From: Bacteroidota bacterium
Lineage (GTDB): Bacteria > Bacteroidota > Bacteroidia > Sphingobacteriales > Sphingobacteriaceae
DNA: 64,000 nt
NCBI GenBank assembly: GCA_023427985.1
Contig: JAEYZM010000022.1
Span: 30,760-94,759, forward strand
Direction: 5' to 3'
The notes under the pieces were generated by a model, which did no database searches, was not told where the DNA came from, and saw only the letters and a list, made by a program, of their open reading frames with translations. The translations under genes were made by a program, and so were the position numbers. Each line of letters starts with the position of its first letter. Within the stretch, counting starts at the first letter, position 1. Positions 44,409 through 55,054 of this stretch are shown piece by piece.

Positions 44409-47369
44409 GTGGTAAGAGTCGATTCTAAAAAGCCTTGTAAACTAGTCTATTCCCTTGGTAAACATCCATATTTAGGCTTCGTAATGGAAGCCCATATTGT
44501 GCAGCTAAATGCCAATGGTGGATTTTCTTTAACACATCGCAAGCTTTACAGCCAAACCGCTAAGGAATTTGACGCTTATCTCGATGATAGCGATTATAAA
44601 TTGATAAAGCTATTAGATCAACTTGATCAAGAATACATCATCAAAAAATATCATAAAGAACCCATTCGACCAGCCGCTTATTTCAGTAAGATTTGGAATG
44701 AAAAATTGTATGCAATAGTTCGTCCCATTCTAGAAAAGAAATTGGTTGAAGCAATTAAACTCGTTGCCAACAAACCATTGTTTGAAATGGGTAAGGAAGG
44801 TGATCCAGTTTTTAGAGCAATAAAAATTGCCGAAGAACCTGCATCGGTATTGTTCCATTTTAGAAGATCAGCAGAAGGTACACGATATTTTCCGACTATT
44901 AAATACAAGTCACAGCGTATTGAATTTATGTTTAAGGATGCAGAGATAATTTGTATGCAGCCTGCGTATATGTTGTTGGGTAAGGAGTTATTGTATTTTG
45001 ATCAAGAATTGGATGGTAAAAAGTTGTTACCATTTTTGAACAAGAGATACATCGACATTCCAAAAAGTTCGGAGCCTACCTATTTTAAAAAGTTTATTGG
45101 GCCATTGATTGAACGACATAATGTTTATGCAGAAGGATTTCAGATTATTACTGAGCAATTTGATGCGAAACCATTATTAAAAATGGTGCATACATGGAAC
45201 GATTCTATTCAGCTGGTACTTTCATTTCAGTATGGTAAGTATAACTTTTTGTATCAGTCGGGCACGAAAGTTTCTGTTAGCGTTGAAAATAAAAACGATG
45301 AATATATATTTCATCGCGTAAAGCGCTCGCTACAATGGGAGGCTGGGAAAATTAATGTTTTAAAAGATCTTGGCTTAATTCCTGCCGAAGGTTCTGCATT
45401 TATAATTGAGAATAAAAATAATCCTGACGAAGCGAGTACACATCATCAAATGTTAGAGTGGCTTTCGGAGTATAACGAAGTTTTAGAGAACGAAGGCTTT
45501 AGCATTCAACAAGAAGATAAGTCGGGCAAAAAATATTTCCTCGGAAAAAGTAAAATTGATTTAAAAATAAATGAGTCGAACGATTGGTTCGATGTATACG
45601 CTATAGTTTATTTTGGTGAGATAGAAGTTCCATTTATAGAGTTAAAAGATCATATCTTAAATGGTAAAAAAGAATTTTTATTACCAAATGGGGAGATTGC
45701 AATCATCCCTGATGAATGGTTTGCAACGTATCAAAGTTTATTTCATTTTTCTGAATCGGGAAAGGAATTAAAATTTAAGAAGCATCATATTGCATTGTTG
45801 AAAGAGTATGCCGACTCTGAGTTAGCACAAATAACTATCGATAGGAAATTGCAAAAGCTTAGCAATTTTGAGAATATTGATGAAGTAGAAATGCCCGTAA
45901 ATTTTAGAGGTGAATTACGACCTTATCAGAAAGCTGGATACGATTGGTTTCATTTTTTACGCAAATGGAATTTCGGAGGTTGTTTAGCAGATGATATGGG
46001 TTTGGGGAAAACCATTCAGACACTAGCACTTTTACAAAAGATAAAAGAAGAAATAGTTATTAGTTCAACACAACCGAGTTTATTTGATAATATTCCAGGT
46101 ACATTATTTGATCAGAAGAATACACAACAAGAACATGCAAGTTCATTGATTGTGATGCCAACTTCTTTAATTCATAATTGGTTAAACGAAGCCAAAAAAT
46201 TCACACCTGATCTGAAGATACATGTATATACAGGGGTTAACAGAGATAAGGACATTAGTAAGTTTGCGAAATACGATGTGATATTAACTACTTATGGTAT
46301 TACTAGACTCGATGTTGATTTATTAAAGAGTTTTTATTTTCAATACATTATATTAGATGAAAGTCAGATTATAAAAAATCCATCTTCAAAAATATCAAGG
46401 TCGGTTCGTTCATTAAAATCAAAATTTAAATTAGTATTAAGTGGTACACCTGTAGAAAATTCTGTTACAGATTTATGGTCGCAAATGTCCTTTGTAAACC
46501 CAGGTCTCTTAGGTTCACAAACGTTTTTTAACGATGAGTTTGCGAGCCCTATCGACAAAAAACAAGACGATGAGAAAGCGAACAAACTACAAACTTTAAT
46601 TAAGCCATTTATTTTAAGGAGAACGAAACAACAAGTTGCTTCGGAGTTACCTCCAAAAGTAGAGCAACTTTATTACTCAGATATGAGTGAAGAGCAAGAG
46701 AAGCTATATGAAGAAACGAAATCTTTTTATAGAAATGAATTGTTACGCATGATTACTGAGCAAGGAATTGGGAAATCGCAGATACAGTTATTGCAAGGCT
46801 TAAATAAATTGAGACAAATTGCCAATCACCCCGCCTTAGTGGAGGAAGATAGTGAAGCAGAATCAGGAAAATTTTCGGATGTTATCTATACGCTCGAAAC
46901 TATTTTATCGAAAGGCAATAAAGTACTTATCTTCTCACAGTTTGTAAAGCATTTAAATTTATTTAAAAATTATTTCAAGAAACATCATATTGCTTTTTCA
47001 TTTTTAGATGGTTCTACTACGAATAGACAAGAAGTGGTAGAGGAGTTTAAACAAAATGAGAGCATTCAAATATTTTTAATTTCAATAAAAGCAGGAGGGG
47101 TTGGTTTGAATTTAACGGAGGCCGATTACGTATTTATTTTGGATCCATGGTGGAATCCAGCTGTAGAGCAACAGGCGATTGACCGTACACATAGAATTGG
47201 TCAGAAAAATACCGTATTTATTTATAAATTTATAACTAAGAATTCTGTTGAGGAAAAGATATTGGCATTGCAAGAAAGAAAAAGAAGAATTGCGGATAGT
47301 TTAATCACGACAGAAGAGTCCTTTATGAAATCATTATCTGAAGAAGATATTAAAGCTATACTTGAATAA
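44409..47369 (+). CDS. SNF2-family DEAD/H helicase with ~500-aa uncharacterised N-terminal region
   Basis: Motif I DDMGLGKTIQ, motif II ILDESQIIKN, and helicase-C GGVGLNLTEADYVFILDPWWNPAVEQQAIDRTHRIGQ. GTG is the first start codon after the in-frame stop at 44385-44387. Confidence 0.9.
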   Translation: MVRVDSKKPCKLVYSLGKHPYLGFVMEAHIVQLNANGGFSLTHRKLYSQTAKEFDAYLDDSDYKLIKLLDQLDQEYIIKKYHKEPIRPAAYFSKIWNEKLYAIVRPILEKKLVEAIKLVANKPLFEMGKEGDPVFRAIKIAEEPASVLFHFRRSAEGTRYFPTIKYKSQRIEFMFKDAEIICMQPAYMLLGKELLYFDQELDGKKLLPFLNKRYIDIPKSSEPTYFKKFIGPLIERHNVYAEGFQIITEQFDAKPLLKMVHTWNDSIQLVLSFQYGKYNFLYQSGTKVSVSVENKNDEYIFHRVKRSLQWEAGKINVLKDLGLIPAEGSAFIIENKNNPDEASTHHQMLEWLSEYNEVLENEGFSIQQEDKSGKKYFLGKSKIDLKINESNDWFDVYAIVYFGEIEVPFIELKDHILNGKKEFLLPNGEIAIIPDEWFATYQSLFHFSESGKELKFKKHHIALLKEYADSELAQITIDRKLQKLSNFENIDEVEMPVNFRGELRPYQKAGYDWFHFLRKWNFGGCLADDMGLGKTIQTLALLQKIKEEIVISSTQPSLFDNIPGTLFDQKNTQQEHASSLIVMPTSLIHNWLNEAKKFTPDLKIHVYTGVNRDKDISKFAKYDVILTTYGITRLDVDLLKSFYFQYIILDESQIIKNPSSKISRSVRSLKSKFKLVLSGTPVENSVTDLWSQMSFVNPGLLGSQTFFNDEFASPIDKKQDDEKANKLQTLIKPFILRRTKQQVASELPPKVEQLYYSDMSEEQEKLYEETKSFYRNELLRMITEQGIGKSQIQLLQGLNKLRQIANHPALVEEDSEAESGKFSDVIYTLETILSKGNKVLIFSQFVKHLNLFKNYFKKHHIAFSFLDGSTTNRQEVVEEFKQNESIQIFLISIKAGGVGLNLTEADYVFILDPWWNPAVEQQAIDRTHRIGQKNTVFIYKFITKNSVEEKILALQERKRRIADSLITTEESFMKSLSEEDIKAILE

Positions 47370-47890
47370 TGGAATTTAAAAATTTTGCAATTGCAAGCAC
47401 ATTGTTTGCATTTCTTACAACTGTTGCTGCCGATGTAGTGATTCCAAATGGCGATATACCATTTACATTACAAAGTGTTTTTGTTTTATTATCGGGATTA
47501 ATCGCTGGAGCAAATGTTGGAATTACTTCTCAATTAATTTATTTGATGTTTGGAGCATTCTTTCCAGTATTTGCTGGATCCGATTATGGCTTCTCAATTT
47601 TGGCAGATCCAACAGCTGGTTATTTATTTGCTTTTCCAGTAGCAGGTTTTATTGCAGGTTTATTGGGACATAATCAGAACTTTTGGAAAATTATTTTAGC
47701 TGTAGTGTTAGCTCAGACTTCCCTATATATCTCAGGAGTATTGGTTTTAAAAATTAATTCCGATATGAATTGGCAAGATACAATTAATAAAGGTTTTACT
47801 AGTTTAGCTTTAGTGGGTTATACAAAAGCATTGTTAACTGGAATTCTCTATAGCGTTTATCTGAATTTTAGAAAAAAACAAAAGGCTTAA
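47369..47890 (+). CDS. bioY: biotin transporter BioY
   Basis: 173 aa, 5-6 TM. IPFTLQSVFVLLSGLIAG resembles the BioY signature. TAATG overlap with the SNF2 stop. Confidence 0.75.
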   Translation: MEFKNFAIASTLFAFLTTVAADVVIPNGDIPFTLQSVFVLLSGLIAGANVGITSQLIYLMFGAFFPVFAGSDYGFSILADPTAGYLFAFPVAGFIAGLLGHNQNFWKIILAVVLAQTSLYISGVLVLKINSDMNWQDTINKGFTSLALVGYTKALLTGILYSVYLNFRKKQKA

Positions 47891-48522
47891 ATCTTTCTTG
47901 CTATTAATAATCCGTCTCGAATTGGAAATAATACATTTTCAACACGATTATCATCTTGTACCATTTTATTGAATTCAAGTATAGCTTTAGTGTCTTTATC
48001 AATTTTAGTACCCACCACTTTTCCGCTCCACAAGACATTATCGGCAATTATATAGCCACCTTTGTTTACTTTGTCAAAGACTAAATTGTAATATTTGCCA
48101 TAATTTTCTTTATCGGCATCAATAAACACAATGTCAAAAGAATCTTTGAGTGTTGGGATAATTTTATTTGCATCGCCAAGAATATACTCAATTTGATTTT
48201 TGTAATTAGATTTATTAAAATAACTACGTACCAATTCTTCCAGCTCCTCATTAATATCAATCGTTGTGATTTTCCCTTCTGCACTTAAACCTTCTGCAAA
48301 ACAGAGTGCAGAATAACCAGTGTATGTACCTATTTCTAAAATATTTTTAGGTCGAATCATTTTGCTTAACATACTTAATACTCTACCTTGAAAATGCCCT
48401 GAAATCATTCTAGGCATTAAGACTTTCAATTGAGTTTCTCTGTTCAATGCTTTTAATAATTCGGGCTCAACATCGGTATGTTGTTCAATATATTTTGCTA
48501 AATTTTCTTCTAAAAACTCCAT
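47887..48522 (-). CDS. class I SAM-dependent O-methyltransferase (family 3, CCoAOMT/TrmR-like)
   Basis: SAM motif ILEIGTYTGYSAL. FIDADKENY. Confidence 0.85.
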   Translation of the reverse strand: MEFLEENLAKYIEQHTDVEPELLKALNRETQLKVLMPRMISGHFQGRVLSMLSKMIRPKNILEIGTYTGYSALCFAEGLSAEGKITTIDINEELEELVRSYFNKSNYKNQIEYILGDANKIIPTLKDSFDIVFIDADKENYGKYYNLVFDKVNKGGYIIADNVLWSGKVVGTKIDKDTKAILEFNKMVQDDNRVENVLFPIRDGLLIARKI

Positions 48523-48523
48523 T

Positions 48524-49765
48524 TTATTCAGGCAAATAAATTAATTTACTAATAGCTTTTTTATCAAATACTTTGTTAGAAAGATCAAAGATTTCCTCTG
48601 CAGAAATAGCATTAATTTTTTTATAAATATTTTCTAAGGAATCGGCTTTACCATAATCGAGAACACTTCTACACAATGCAATGATAACCGATAAATGATT
48701 TTCTTCAGCTAAAGATATTTGTCCAATGAATTTTTTCTTAGCAAGATTCAATGCCGAGCTACTCAGTTTTTTAGTTCGGAGTAAGTTGAGCTCTTTTTCA
48801 ACTAAATCAATGCATTTGAACATCTTCTCTTTATCGGTACCCATATATATACTAAACATTCCAGTATCGCTAAAACCAGTATAGTTTGCATCTATTGAAT
48901 AACAAATTCCTTTACGTTCTCGAATTTCCATATTTAATCGAGAACTCATTCCTGGCCCAGCTAAGTAATTACTCAACAACAACATTGCATTTTTTTCTTT
49001 ATGATGAATACTGATGCTTCTATTACCAAGAACAGCATGACTTTGATTGATACTTTTAGGAATGCTTAGTTCTGTTGCTGAATATTTTTTTGGCTTTTCA
49101 CGTTTAGACTTTTTTGCTTTTGCTTTTAGATGGGAGAAATATTTCTCAGTGATGCTAATTAGTTTGTCTAAATGGATATTTCCATAATATCCTAAAATCA
49201 TTTCTTCAGGTAAATAATTCGATTGAGTAAAATCAATTAAATCTTTACGCTTAATAGTCCTAACACTTTCTTTAGTACCTAAAATATTCTCACCCAATGA
49301 ATGATTCTTAAAAATAATTTGTTCAAAATCATCTTGTATCGATTCTTCGGGTGTATCTAAATATGAATCAATTTCATCTATAATTACTTCTTTCTCTTTT
49401 TTAATTTCTTTCTCAGGAAAGGTTGAATGAAAAAGAATATCGGCAAACAATTCAATTGCCCGTTCAGCATGTTCTGTTAAAAAGGAAGCATGAATACAAG
49501 TATGCTCTTTCGTGGTATAGGCATTCAATTCACCGCCAACCATTTCTAATCGGTTTAGAAGTTGATATAAGCTTTTAGATTTGGTTCCTTTGAATAGCAT
49601 GTGTTCAAGGAAATGTGCTAAGCCTTCTTTACCTTTCCACTCATCCCTTGACCCACAATTAATGACCATACATGCATGCGCAATGGATGAATTTGGATTG
49701 TTTTTATGTAAAACCCTAAAACCATTTTTAAGCGTTTTCAGTTGATATTCCATTGCATCAAACAT
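48524..49765 (-). CDS. M16-family zinc peptidase (pitrilysin/insulinase-like)
   Basis: Inverted zinc motif HFLEHMLFKGT. 413 aa. Confidence 0.85.
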   Translation of the reverse strand: MFDAMEYQLKTLKNGFRVLHKNNPNSSIAHACMVINCGSRDEWKGKEGLAHFLEHMLFKGTKSKSLYQLLNRLEMVGGELNAYTTKEHTCIHASFLTEHAERAIELFADILFHSTFPEKEIKKEKEVIIDEIDSYLDTPEESIQDDFEQIIFKNHSLGENILGTKESVRTIKRKDLIDFTQSNYLPEEMILGYYGNIHLDKLISITEKYFSHLKAKAKKSKREKPKKYSATELSIPKSINQSHAVLGNRSISIHHKEKNAMLLLSNYLAGPGMSSRLNMEIRERKGICYSIDANYTGFSDTGMFSIYMGTDKEKMFKCIDLVEKELNLLRTKKLSSSALNLAKKKFIGQISLAEENHLSVIIALCRSVLDYGKADSLENIYKKINAISAEEIFDLSNKVFDKKAISKLIYLPE

Positions 49766-49797
49766 ACGATATTTTAAGATTATTAGTATATTTAACT

Positions 49798-51099
49798 ATG
49801 CCAGTAACAGATAGTTTAGTAAAAGATAGCCTTAATGCTGTAGTTAGCAATACATCGGCAGAACTAATCAAACGAACAGAGCTTAGCACTCTAGATGTAA
49901 TACTAAAAGAACTCGGTTTGGTCTTTGTAATACTGAGTGTCCTTATTGCATTAATTATTCTTTTGAATAAAATATTGCGGGTGCTTAAGATTCGATTAAT
50001 TCGTTTTTTAGACGCTAAGTTAAATGCCTTGCACGATAAGGGGCTTAAATTTTTAAGTCCTCGATATGCGATTTCATTCATTACGAATACCATTAATGTC
50101 GTTCGCTTTATTAGTATAATTGTTCTGGTCTATTTTTCACTGCCTATTTTGTTTAGTCTATTTCCTTGGACAGAATCTATAAGTGTTGAATTAATCAATG
50201 CAGTTGTAGATCCAGTAAAACAAGTGCTCATAACTTTTGTAAATTATATCCCGAATATGCTTACCATTTTGGTGATTTATTTTATCACTAGGTATGTAGT
50301 TCGATTCATTAAGTTTTTAGCGATGGAAATTGAGTCGGAAAATGTGAAGATTGATGGGTTCTATGCCGACTGGGCAATGCCGACTTATAATATTGTAAGG
50401 TCCTTGTTGTATGTGTTCATGTTTGTAATAATTTTTCCATATTTACCAGGTTCAGATTCAAAAGTTTTTCAAGGCATATCCGTATTCTTAGGAGTCTTGA
50501 TTTCATTGGGCTCTTCATCGGCAATTTCGAATATGGTTGCTGGTATAGTGATTACCTATATGCGACCTTATCAAATTGGTCATGTTGTATTAATTAATAA
50601 TAATTTAGGAGAAGTAATTGAAAAGAATTTATTAGTAACCAGAATACGTACCTTTAAAAATGAAGACATTACTATTCCCAATTCTACCATCTTAAATTCA
50701 AGCACAACAAATTATACCTTAGCTGCAGAAGATGAAAGTTTGATACTGCATACAACAGTAACGATAGGATACGATAATGATTGGCAAAAAATACATGAAC
50801 TATTAATAAGTGCTGCTAAAAATTCAATAGGTGTATGTAAAAAAAGAGAGCCATTTGTTTTGCAAACAGCTCTCAATGATTTTAATATTGCGTATCAAAT
50901 TAACGTGTATGTCGACAATACTATGTTACTTGATATTTATTCAGAATTACATAAAAATATTCAAATCGAATTTAACAAAGCCGGTATTGAAATCATGTCA
51001 CCAATATATACGAGTCTTCGCGATGGTAATGCCAAAGCCATGCCTGATCAATTTTTGCCAAAAGACAATAGTATAACTGGTTTTAAGATTTCTAAATAA
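49798..51099 (+). CDS. mechanosensitive ion channel (MscS family)
   Basis: TM segments, then the MscS beta-domain (ISNMVAGIVITYMRPYQIGHVV...LLVTRIRTFKNEDITIPNS). I start it at ATG 49798. The TTG at 49753 would overlap the divergent M16 gene start. Confidence 0.85.
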   Translation: MPVTDSLVKDSLNAVVSNTSAELIKRTELSTLDVILKELGLVFVILSVLIALIILLNKILRVLKIRLIRFLDAKLNALHDKGLKFLSPRYAISFITNTINVVRFISIIVLVYFSLPILFSLFPWTESISVELINAVVDPVKQVLITFVNYIPNMLTILVIYFITRYVVRFIKFLAMEIESENVKIDGFYADWAMPTYNIVRSLLYVFMFVIIFPYLPGSDSKVFQGISVFLGVLISLGSSSAISNMVAGIVITYMRPYQIGHVVLINNNLGEVIEKNLLVTRIRTFKNEDITIPNSTILNSSTTNYTLAAEDESLILHTTVTIGYDNDWQKIHELLISAAKNSIGVCKKREPFVLQTALNDFNIAYQINVYVDNTMLLDIYSELHKNIQIEFNKAGIEIMSPIYTSLRDGNAKAMPDQFLPKDNSITGFKISK

Positions 51100-53781
51100 T
51101 TATTCTATAATAAAGCTTATTGCCTTAGAGTATGTTTTCGATTTAATTAAATAATAATATTGACCAGCAGGTAATCCAGTATTGTATTTCTTACTTAAGT
51201 TGCCATTCTTTATTGATTCTGTTTTATTCAATACACTTTTACCTAAAACATCAATTATATTTACTTCAATCTGGTCTGCATTGACATTCGAAAGTTCAAT
51301 AGTAAATTCACCATCGTTCTTATTTGGATATAATTTTATTTCTGTTTTTTCGATTGGATTATTCGACACGCCCATTGCACTACTTATTAAATCGCTCATC
51401 CAAATTCCTCTTCCAAAAGTAGCTGCAAATAATTTATTAGAATCGGAATGAATTTCTAATTCACTCACAATTACATTCGGAAGCAAATCACTGTAAGGCA
51501 TCCAAAGATCTAATCCATCGTAGGTATACCATACTCCATTGTCTGTGCCTATGTAAACTATATTATTTTTTGAACCAGCTTGGTTAACAATTGTATTTAC
51601 GGGAATGTTAGGCAAATTGTAACTAATGTTTGTCCATGAAAGTCCAGCATCGCTAGTCTTGTAAATTTTCTTACCATCGGCAAAACCACTAAAACAAATC
51701 CAAGCAGTATTTGGATCTTCATGGTCGATGCTTATATAAGTTGCATATAAAGAATCTGGTAAATTGAGTGTAACATTAGACCATGTAGCACCAGCATTTT
51801 GACTGATAAATACTTTTGTTTTTTCGTTTTGTTGATGAACAACACGTTTAGCAACTAATAGTACATTCTCATTTGCATCTGCAACATCAAATGCAGATAT
51901 AGGTGCATGAGCTCCGTTATTCATTGTTGGAAAATCAGAAATTTTATCGAAGAAAAATCCTTCATCTTCTGATTTATACATATTACCAAAACCGATGTAT
52001 AATATTGATGGGTCGTTTTTAGATATTTTGAAGGGAGTGGTCCATTCACCATCCTCATCAAAAGGATAAAATAAATTTCTATACGAAAGTCCACCATCAA
52101 AGGATTGAACAAAATTTCCGAACTGATATGATCCGTATAAAGTCATTGGGTCTGTTGGATGTAATGCACATTCCATTCCATCGCCACCTATAATATTCAC
52201 CCAAGAATTATCCGTTCTATAATATGTCGAATTATCTTGAGCTCCTGCTATTACATCGCCAAAAGTATTTCTTAAACCAAGTCTATAGAATGAAGTTATT
52301 TGCATGCCATTACTTGCAAATATCCATCGAGTTGGAAACTCATAATTAGGATCGGGAGAATTCCAAGTTCCTATAATAATACTATCACTTCTGTATAGAC
52401 CACCATCATTGGCAACAAAGTATGCATCGTTTAATGGATTGTATTTGAATTGATGTTGATCTGCATGTAAAAATTTTTCTCCGTAATAAGGCAACCAATA
52501 CGAAACACCGTTCCATGATAAGCCACCATCGGCAGTTCCCCACATATTGATTCCACCAACATATACTTTATTTCGATCCTTTGCATCTACCACAATCGCT
52601 AGATCATAAGTTCCTTGTCCGCCCGGCGAGTTATCGTCATACCAACCCAATAAGTTTACTTCACTATTAGAATCGTATCTTTTTGTCCAAGTATTACCTG
52701 CATTTGTACTTGCATAAAATCCTTCAAATCCTCTATCTAAGCCACAAGTTATTGCATAGATATAATTGGTATCGGCCAAAGAAACAGCTAGCTCCACACG
52801 TTGTGCATTTTGAGCTGGAATATTTGAATTTAATGTTGACCATGATTCACCGAAGTTTGCCGATTTAATAATTCCTGCAGCACCTTCATTTAACGTTAGC
52901 ACATAACCTGTGCTTGCGTAAAGTGTTAAAGGGTTCAAAGGGTTTTCTTCTAAATCCCAAATAATATCGTTTGATATTTTTTGCCATGTTTGTCCAGCAT
53001 TGTAAGACTTCCAAATACCTTCTATTCCAACTGCAATTAATTCGTTTGAGTTTGTTGGATGTACAATTACTCTTCTTATTAATGATGCATCCAAATTATT
53101 TTGTTCAAAACTTAAACCTGTTGCTTCCCAAGTTGCACCAGCATCGGTAGACTTATACACTCCAATACCGTAGTGCGTATGACGTTTGCGGCCATCTGTT
53201 TTTAATGCCACACCTAAATAAGCATAATCGCCAACCGATGCATACAAGGTGTTCGTATTATTCGGATCTATAGCGATGTCAGAAATTCTAATGATGGGCA
53301 AATTATCAGAAACAGGCATCCATGTTTCACCCGCATTGGTTGTTTTCCAAATTCCACCTTGTGCAACCCCAACATACATTATGTTTGAATCGCTTGGATG
53401 AAAAGTTACACAGTTGATTCTACCCATGCCATGACTGGAAGGACCGAAAGATGGAGGTAATTCATTTGGCCCAAAGGGTACCCAGCCTGAGCTGCTTCTA
53501 TTTGAAGTAATAGAAGGCCGATGTATTGCTTTTAATGTCTGTACATAGGAATTCAAATCAGGCATGCTACCATCGGCATTCAATCGCTGATCGTAATGAT
53601 GCTCCCAACGTTTATACCATTTCCAACCCTTCGTTTTATTTAGCTCGGATATATTTTTCCATGATTTAAAATCGTTTTGCAATTGCAAGAAATTTAAATC
53701 TAGTTTGCTTTCTTTTGAATTAAAAAGTTGTGCCGATGTTACTATAGGAAAGAACATCAGCATGAATAGAAATCTTAACAT
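51100..53781 (-). CDS. T9SS-sorted BNR/Asp-box (sortilin-Vps10-like) repeat protein
   Basis: Signal peptide. At least 7 Asp-boxes (STDAGATWE, SYNAGQTWQ, SANFGESWS, STNAGNTWT, TADGGLSWN, SQNAGATWS, TSDAGLSWT). C-terminal sorting domain (KLYPNKNDGEFTIEL...GQYYYLIKS). Confidence 0.8.
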   Translation of the reverse strand: MLRFLFMLMFFPIVTSAQLFNSKESKLDLNFLQLQNDFKSWKNISELNKTKGWKWYKRWEHHYDQRLNADGSMPDLNSYVQTLKAIHRPSITSNRSSSGWVPFGPNELPPSFGPSSHGMGRINCVTFHPSDSNIMYVGVAQGGIWKTTNAGETWMPVSDNLPIIRISDIAIDPNNTNTLYASVGDYAYLGVALKTDGRKRHTHYGIGVYKSTDAGATWEATGLSFEQNNLDASLIRRVIVHPTNSNELIAVGIEGIWKSYNAGQTWQKISNDIIWDLEENPLNPLTLYASTGYVLTLNEGAAGIIKSANFGESWSTLNSNIPAQNAQRVELAVSLADTNYIYAITCGLDRGFEGFYASTNAGNTWTKRYDSNSEVNLLGWYDDNSPGGQGTYDLAIVVDAKDRNKVYVGGINMWGTADGGLSWNGVSYWLPYYGEKFLHADQHQFKYNPLNDAYFVANDGGLYRSDSIIIGTWNSPDPNYEFPTRWIFASNGMQITSFYRLGLRNTFGDVIAGAQDNSTYYRTDNSWVNIIGGDGMECALHPTDPMTLYGSYQFGNFVQSFDGGLSYRNLFYPFDEDGEWTTPFKISKNDPSILYIGFGNMYKSEDEGFFFDKISDFPTMNNGAHAPISAFDVADANENVLLVAKRVVHQQNEKTKVFISQNAGATWSNVTLNLPDSLYATYISIDHEDPNTAWICFSGFADGKKIYKTSDAGLSWTNISYNLPNIPVNTIVNQAGSKNNIVYIGTDNGVWYTYDGLDLWMPYSDLLPNVIVSELEIHSDSNKLFAATFGRGIWMSDLISSAMGVSNNPIEKTEIKLYPNKNDGEFTIELSNVNADQIEVNIIDVLGKSVLNKTESIKNGNLSKKYNTGLPAGQYYYLIKSKTYSKAISFIIE

Positions 53782-53843
53782 GCTATTTATTTTTTATAAA
53801 TTTAACAATTATATACATATAAATTCTTGTATATTATTGTATT

Positions 53844-54413
53844 ATGAACAAAGCAGAGCTCAGAAAACGCATATTAGAAAAGAGAGCATCATTGAGCATA
53901 GAACAGAAATGTGATTTGCTTCAGAAAGTCATAGATCATTTAAATGAATTTGATTTTAGTAAGATTGAGTACGTACATATTTATCTTCCAATCAAGAAAA
54001 AAAATGAGATTGACACCTTCCCAATTATTCGGTTTTTGAAATTGTTAAAACCCAGTATAAAAATTGTAATTCCTAAAAGCGATTTCAAAACATTCGAGAT
54101 GATTAATGTGCTGTACAACGAGCATACTATTCTAGCTGAAAACACATATGGAATCTTAGAACCAGCTAATGGTGAAGAAATAAAAAATGATAAAATAGAT
54201 ATGGTAATTTGTCCACTTTTAAGTTTCGACAAATTAGGTTTTCGTGTAGGATATGGTAAAGGTTTTTACGATCGATTCTTAAATCAATGTAGAACGAATG
54301 TTATTAAAATTGGATTGAGTTATTTTGAACCAGAAGAAAAAATTGAAGACATCAACGCGTATGATGTGCAATTAAATTATGCGATAAGTCCTAGCAGACT
54401 TTGGAAATTTTAA
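53844..54413 (+). CDS. 5-formyltetrahydrofolate cyclo-ligase
   Basis: 189 aa. N-terminal K.ELRK.IL..R and GFRVGYGKGFYDRFL. Confidence 0.85.
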   Translation: MNKAELRKRILEKRASLSIEQKCDLLQKVIDHLNEFDFSKIEYVHIYLPIKKKNEIDTFPIIRFLKLLKPSIKIVIPKSDFKTFEMINVLYNEHTILAENTYGILEPANGEEIKNDKIDMVICPLLSFDKLGFRVGYGKGFYDRFLNQCRTNVIKIGLSYFEPEEKIEDINAYDVQLNYAISPSRLWKF

Positions 54414-54439
54414 GCGGAGCTAAATTTATTAACTCCGCT
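54413..54439. terminator. short hairpin between convergent genes
   Basis: AGCGGAG / CTCCGCT is a 7-bp stem with a 13-nt loop. Confidence 0.45.
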
Positions 54440-54446
54440 ATCAAAA

Positions 54447-55007
54447 TTATTTTACACGTTCAACGTAATCGCCAGTACGCGTATCAATTTTTACTCTATC
54501 GCCTTCGTTTATGAATAGTGGTACACGAATTTCGGCACCATTAGATACAGTAGCAGCTTTAGTAACGTTTGTTGCAGTATCGCCTTTAACAGCGGGCTCT
54601 GTATATGTAATTTCTAGTTCAACATGTGTTGGAGCTTGAGCAGTAATTGGCTCATCACTTTCGAATGCAATGATTAAGTTCATTCCTTCTGTAATGAATT
54701 TTGCAGAGTTACCAAATAAGAATTTTGGAATGTTAAATTGCTCAAACGATTCATTATCCATTACTACAAAGAAATCACCATCTTCATATAAATACTGATA
54801 ATCTTTAGTTTCTACTCTACAAATATCCACCTCTTCGTCTGTACGGAAACGGTATTCAACCAATTTACCCGTTTTCACGTTTCTCATTCTTGCTTGGTAG
54901 AATGCACGTAAGTTTCCGGGAGTTCTGTGGATGAATTCTTCAACCGTTACTAACTCACCGTTGAAACGCAATACGTTTCCTGTTTTTACATCAGATGCTT
55001 TTGCCAT
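54447..55007 (-). CDS. efp: elongation factor P
   Basis: MAKASDVKTGNVLRFNGELV... and the three-domain length of 186 aa. Confidence 0.95.
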   Translation of the reverse strand: MAKASDVKTGNVLRFNGELVTVEEFIHRTPGNLRAFYQARMRNVKTGKLVEYRFRTDEEVDICRVETKDYQYLYEDGDFFVVMDNESFEQFNIPKFLFGNSAKFITEGMNLIIAFESDEPITAQAPTHVELEITYTEPAVKGDTATNVTKAATVSNGAEIRVPLFINEGDRVKIDTRTGDYVERVK

Positions 55008-55054
55008 ATAATCGTATCTAAATTTCTGTTTTTGAGTGGCAAAGATAATAAAAT

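Noticed and set aside
44409-47369. SNF2 helicase (with the HD hydrolase at 59047, the MutS-like ATPase at 38194 and the orphan ABC ATPase at 55055) as parts of a defence system.
   Set aside because: These genes are 8-20 kb apart and each is embedded among housekeeping genes. There are no nucleases, methyltransferases, integrases, tRNA insertion sites or compositional shifts. Nothing supports an island.
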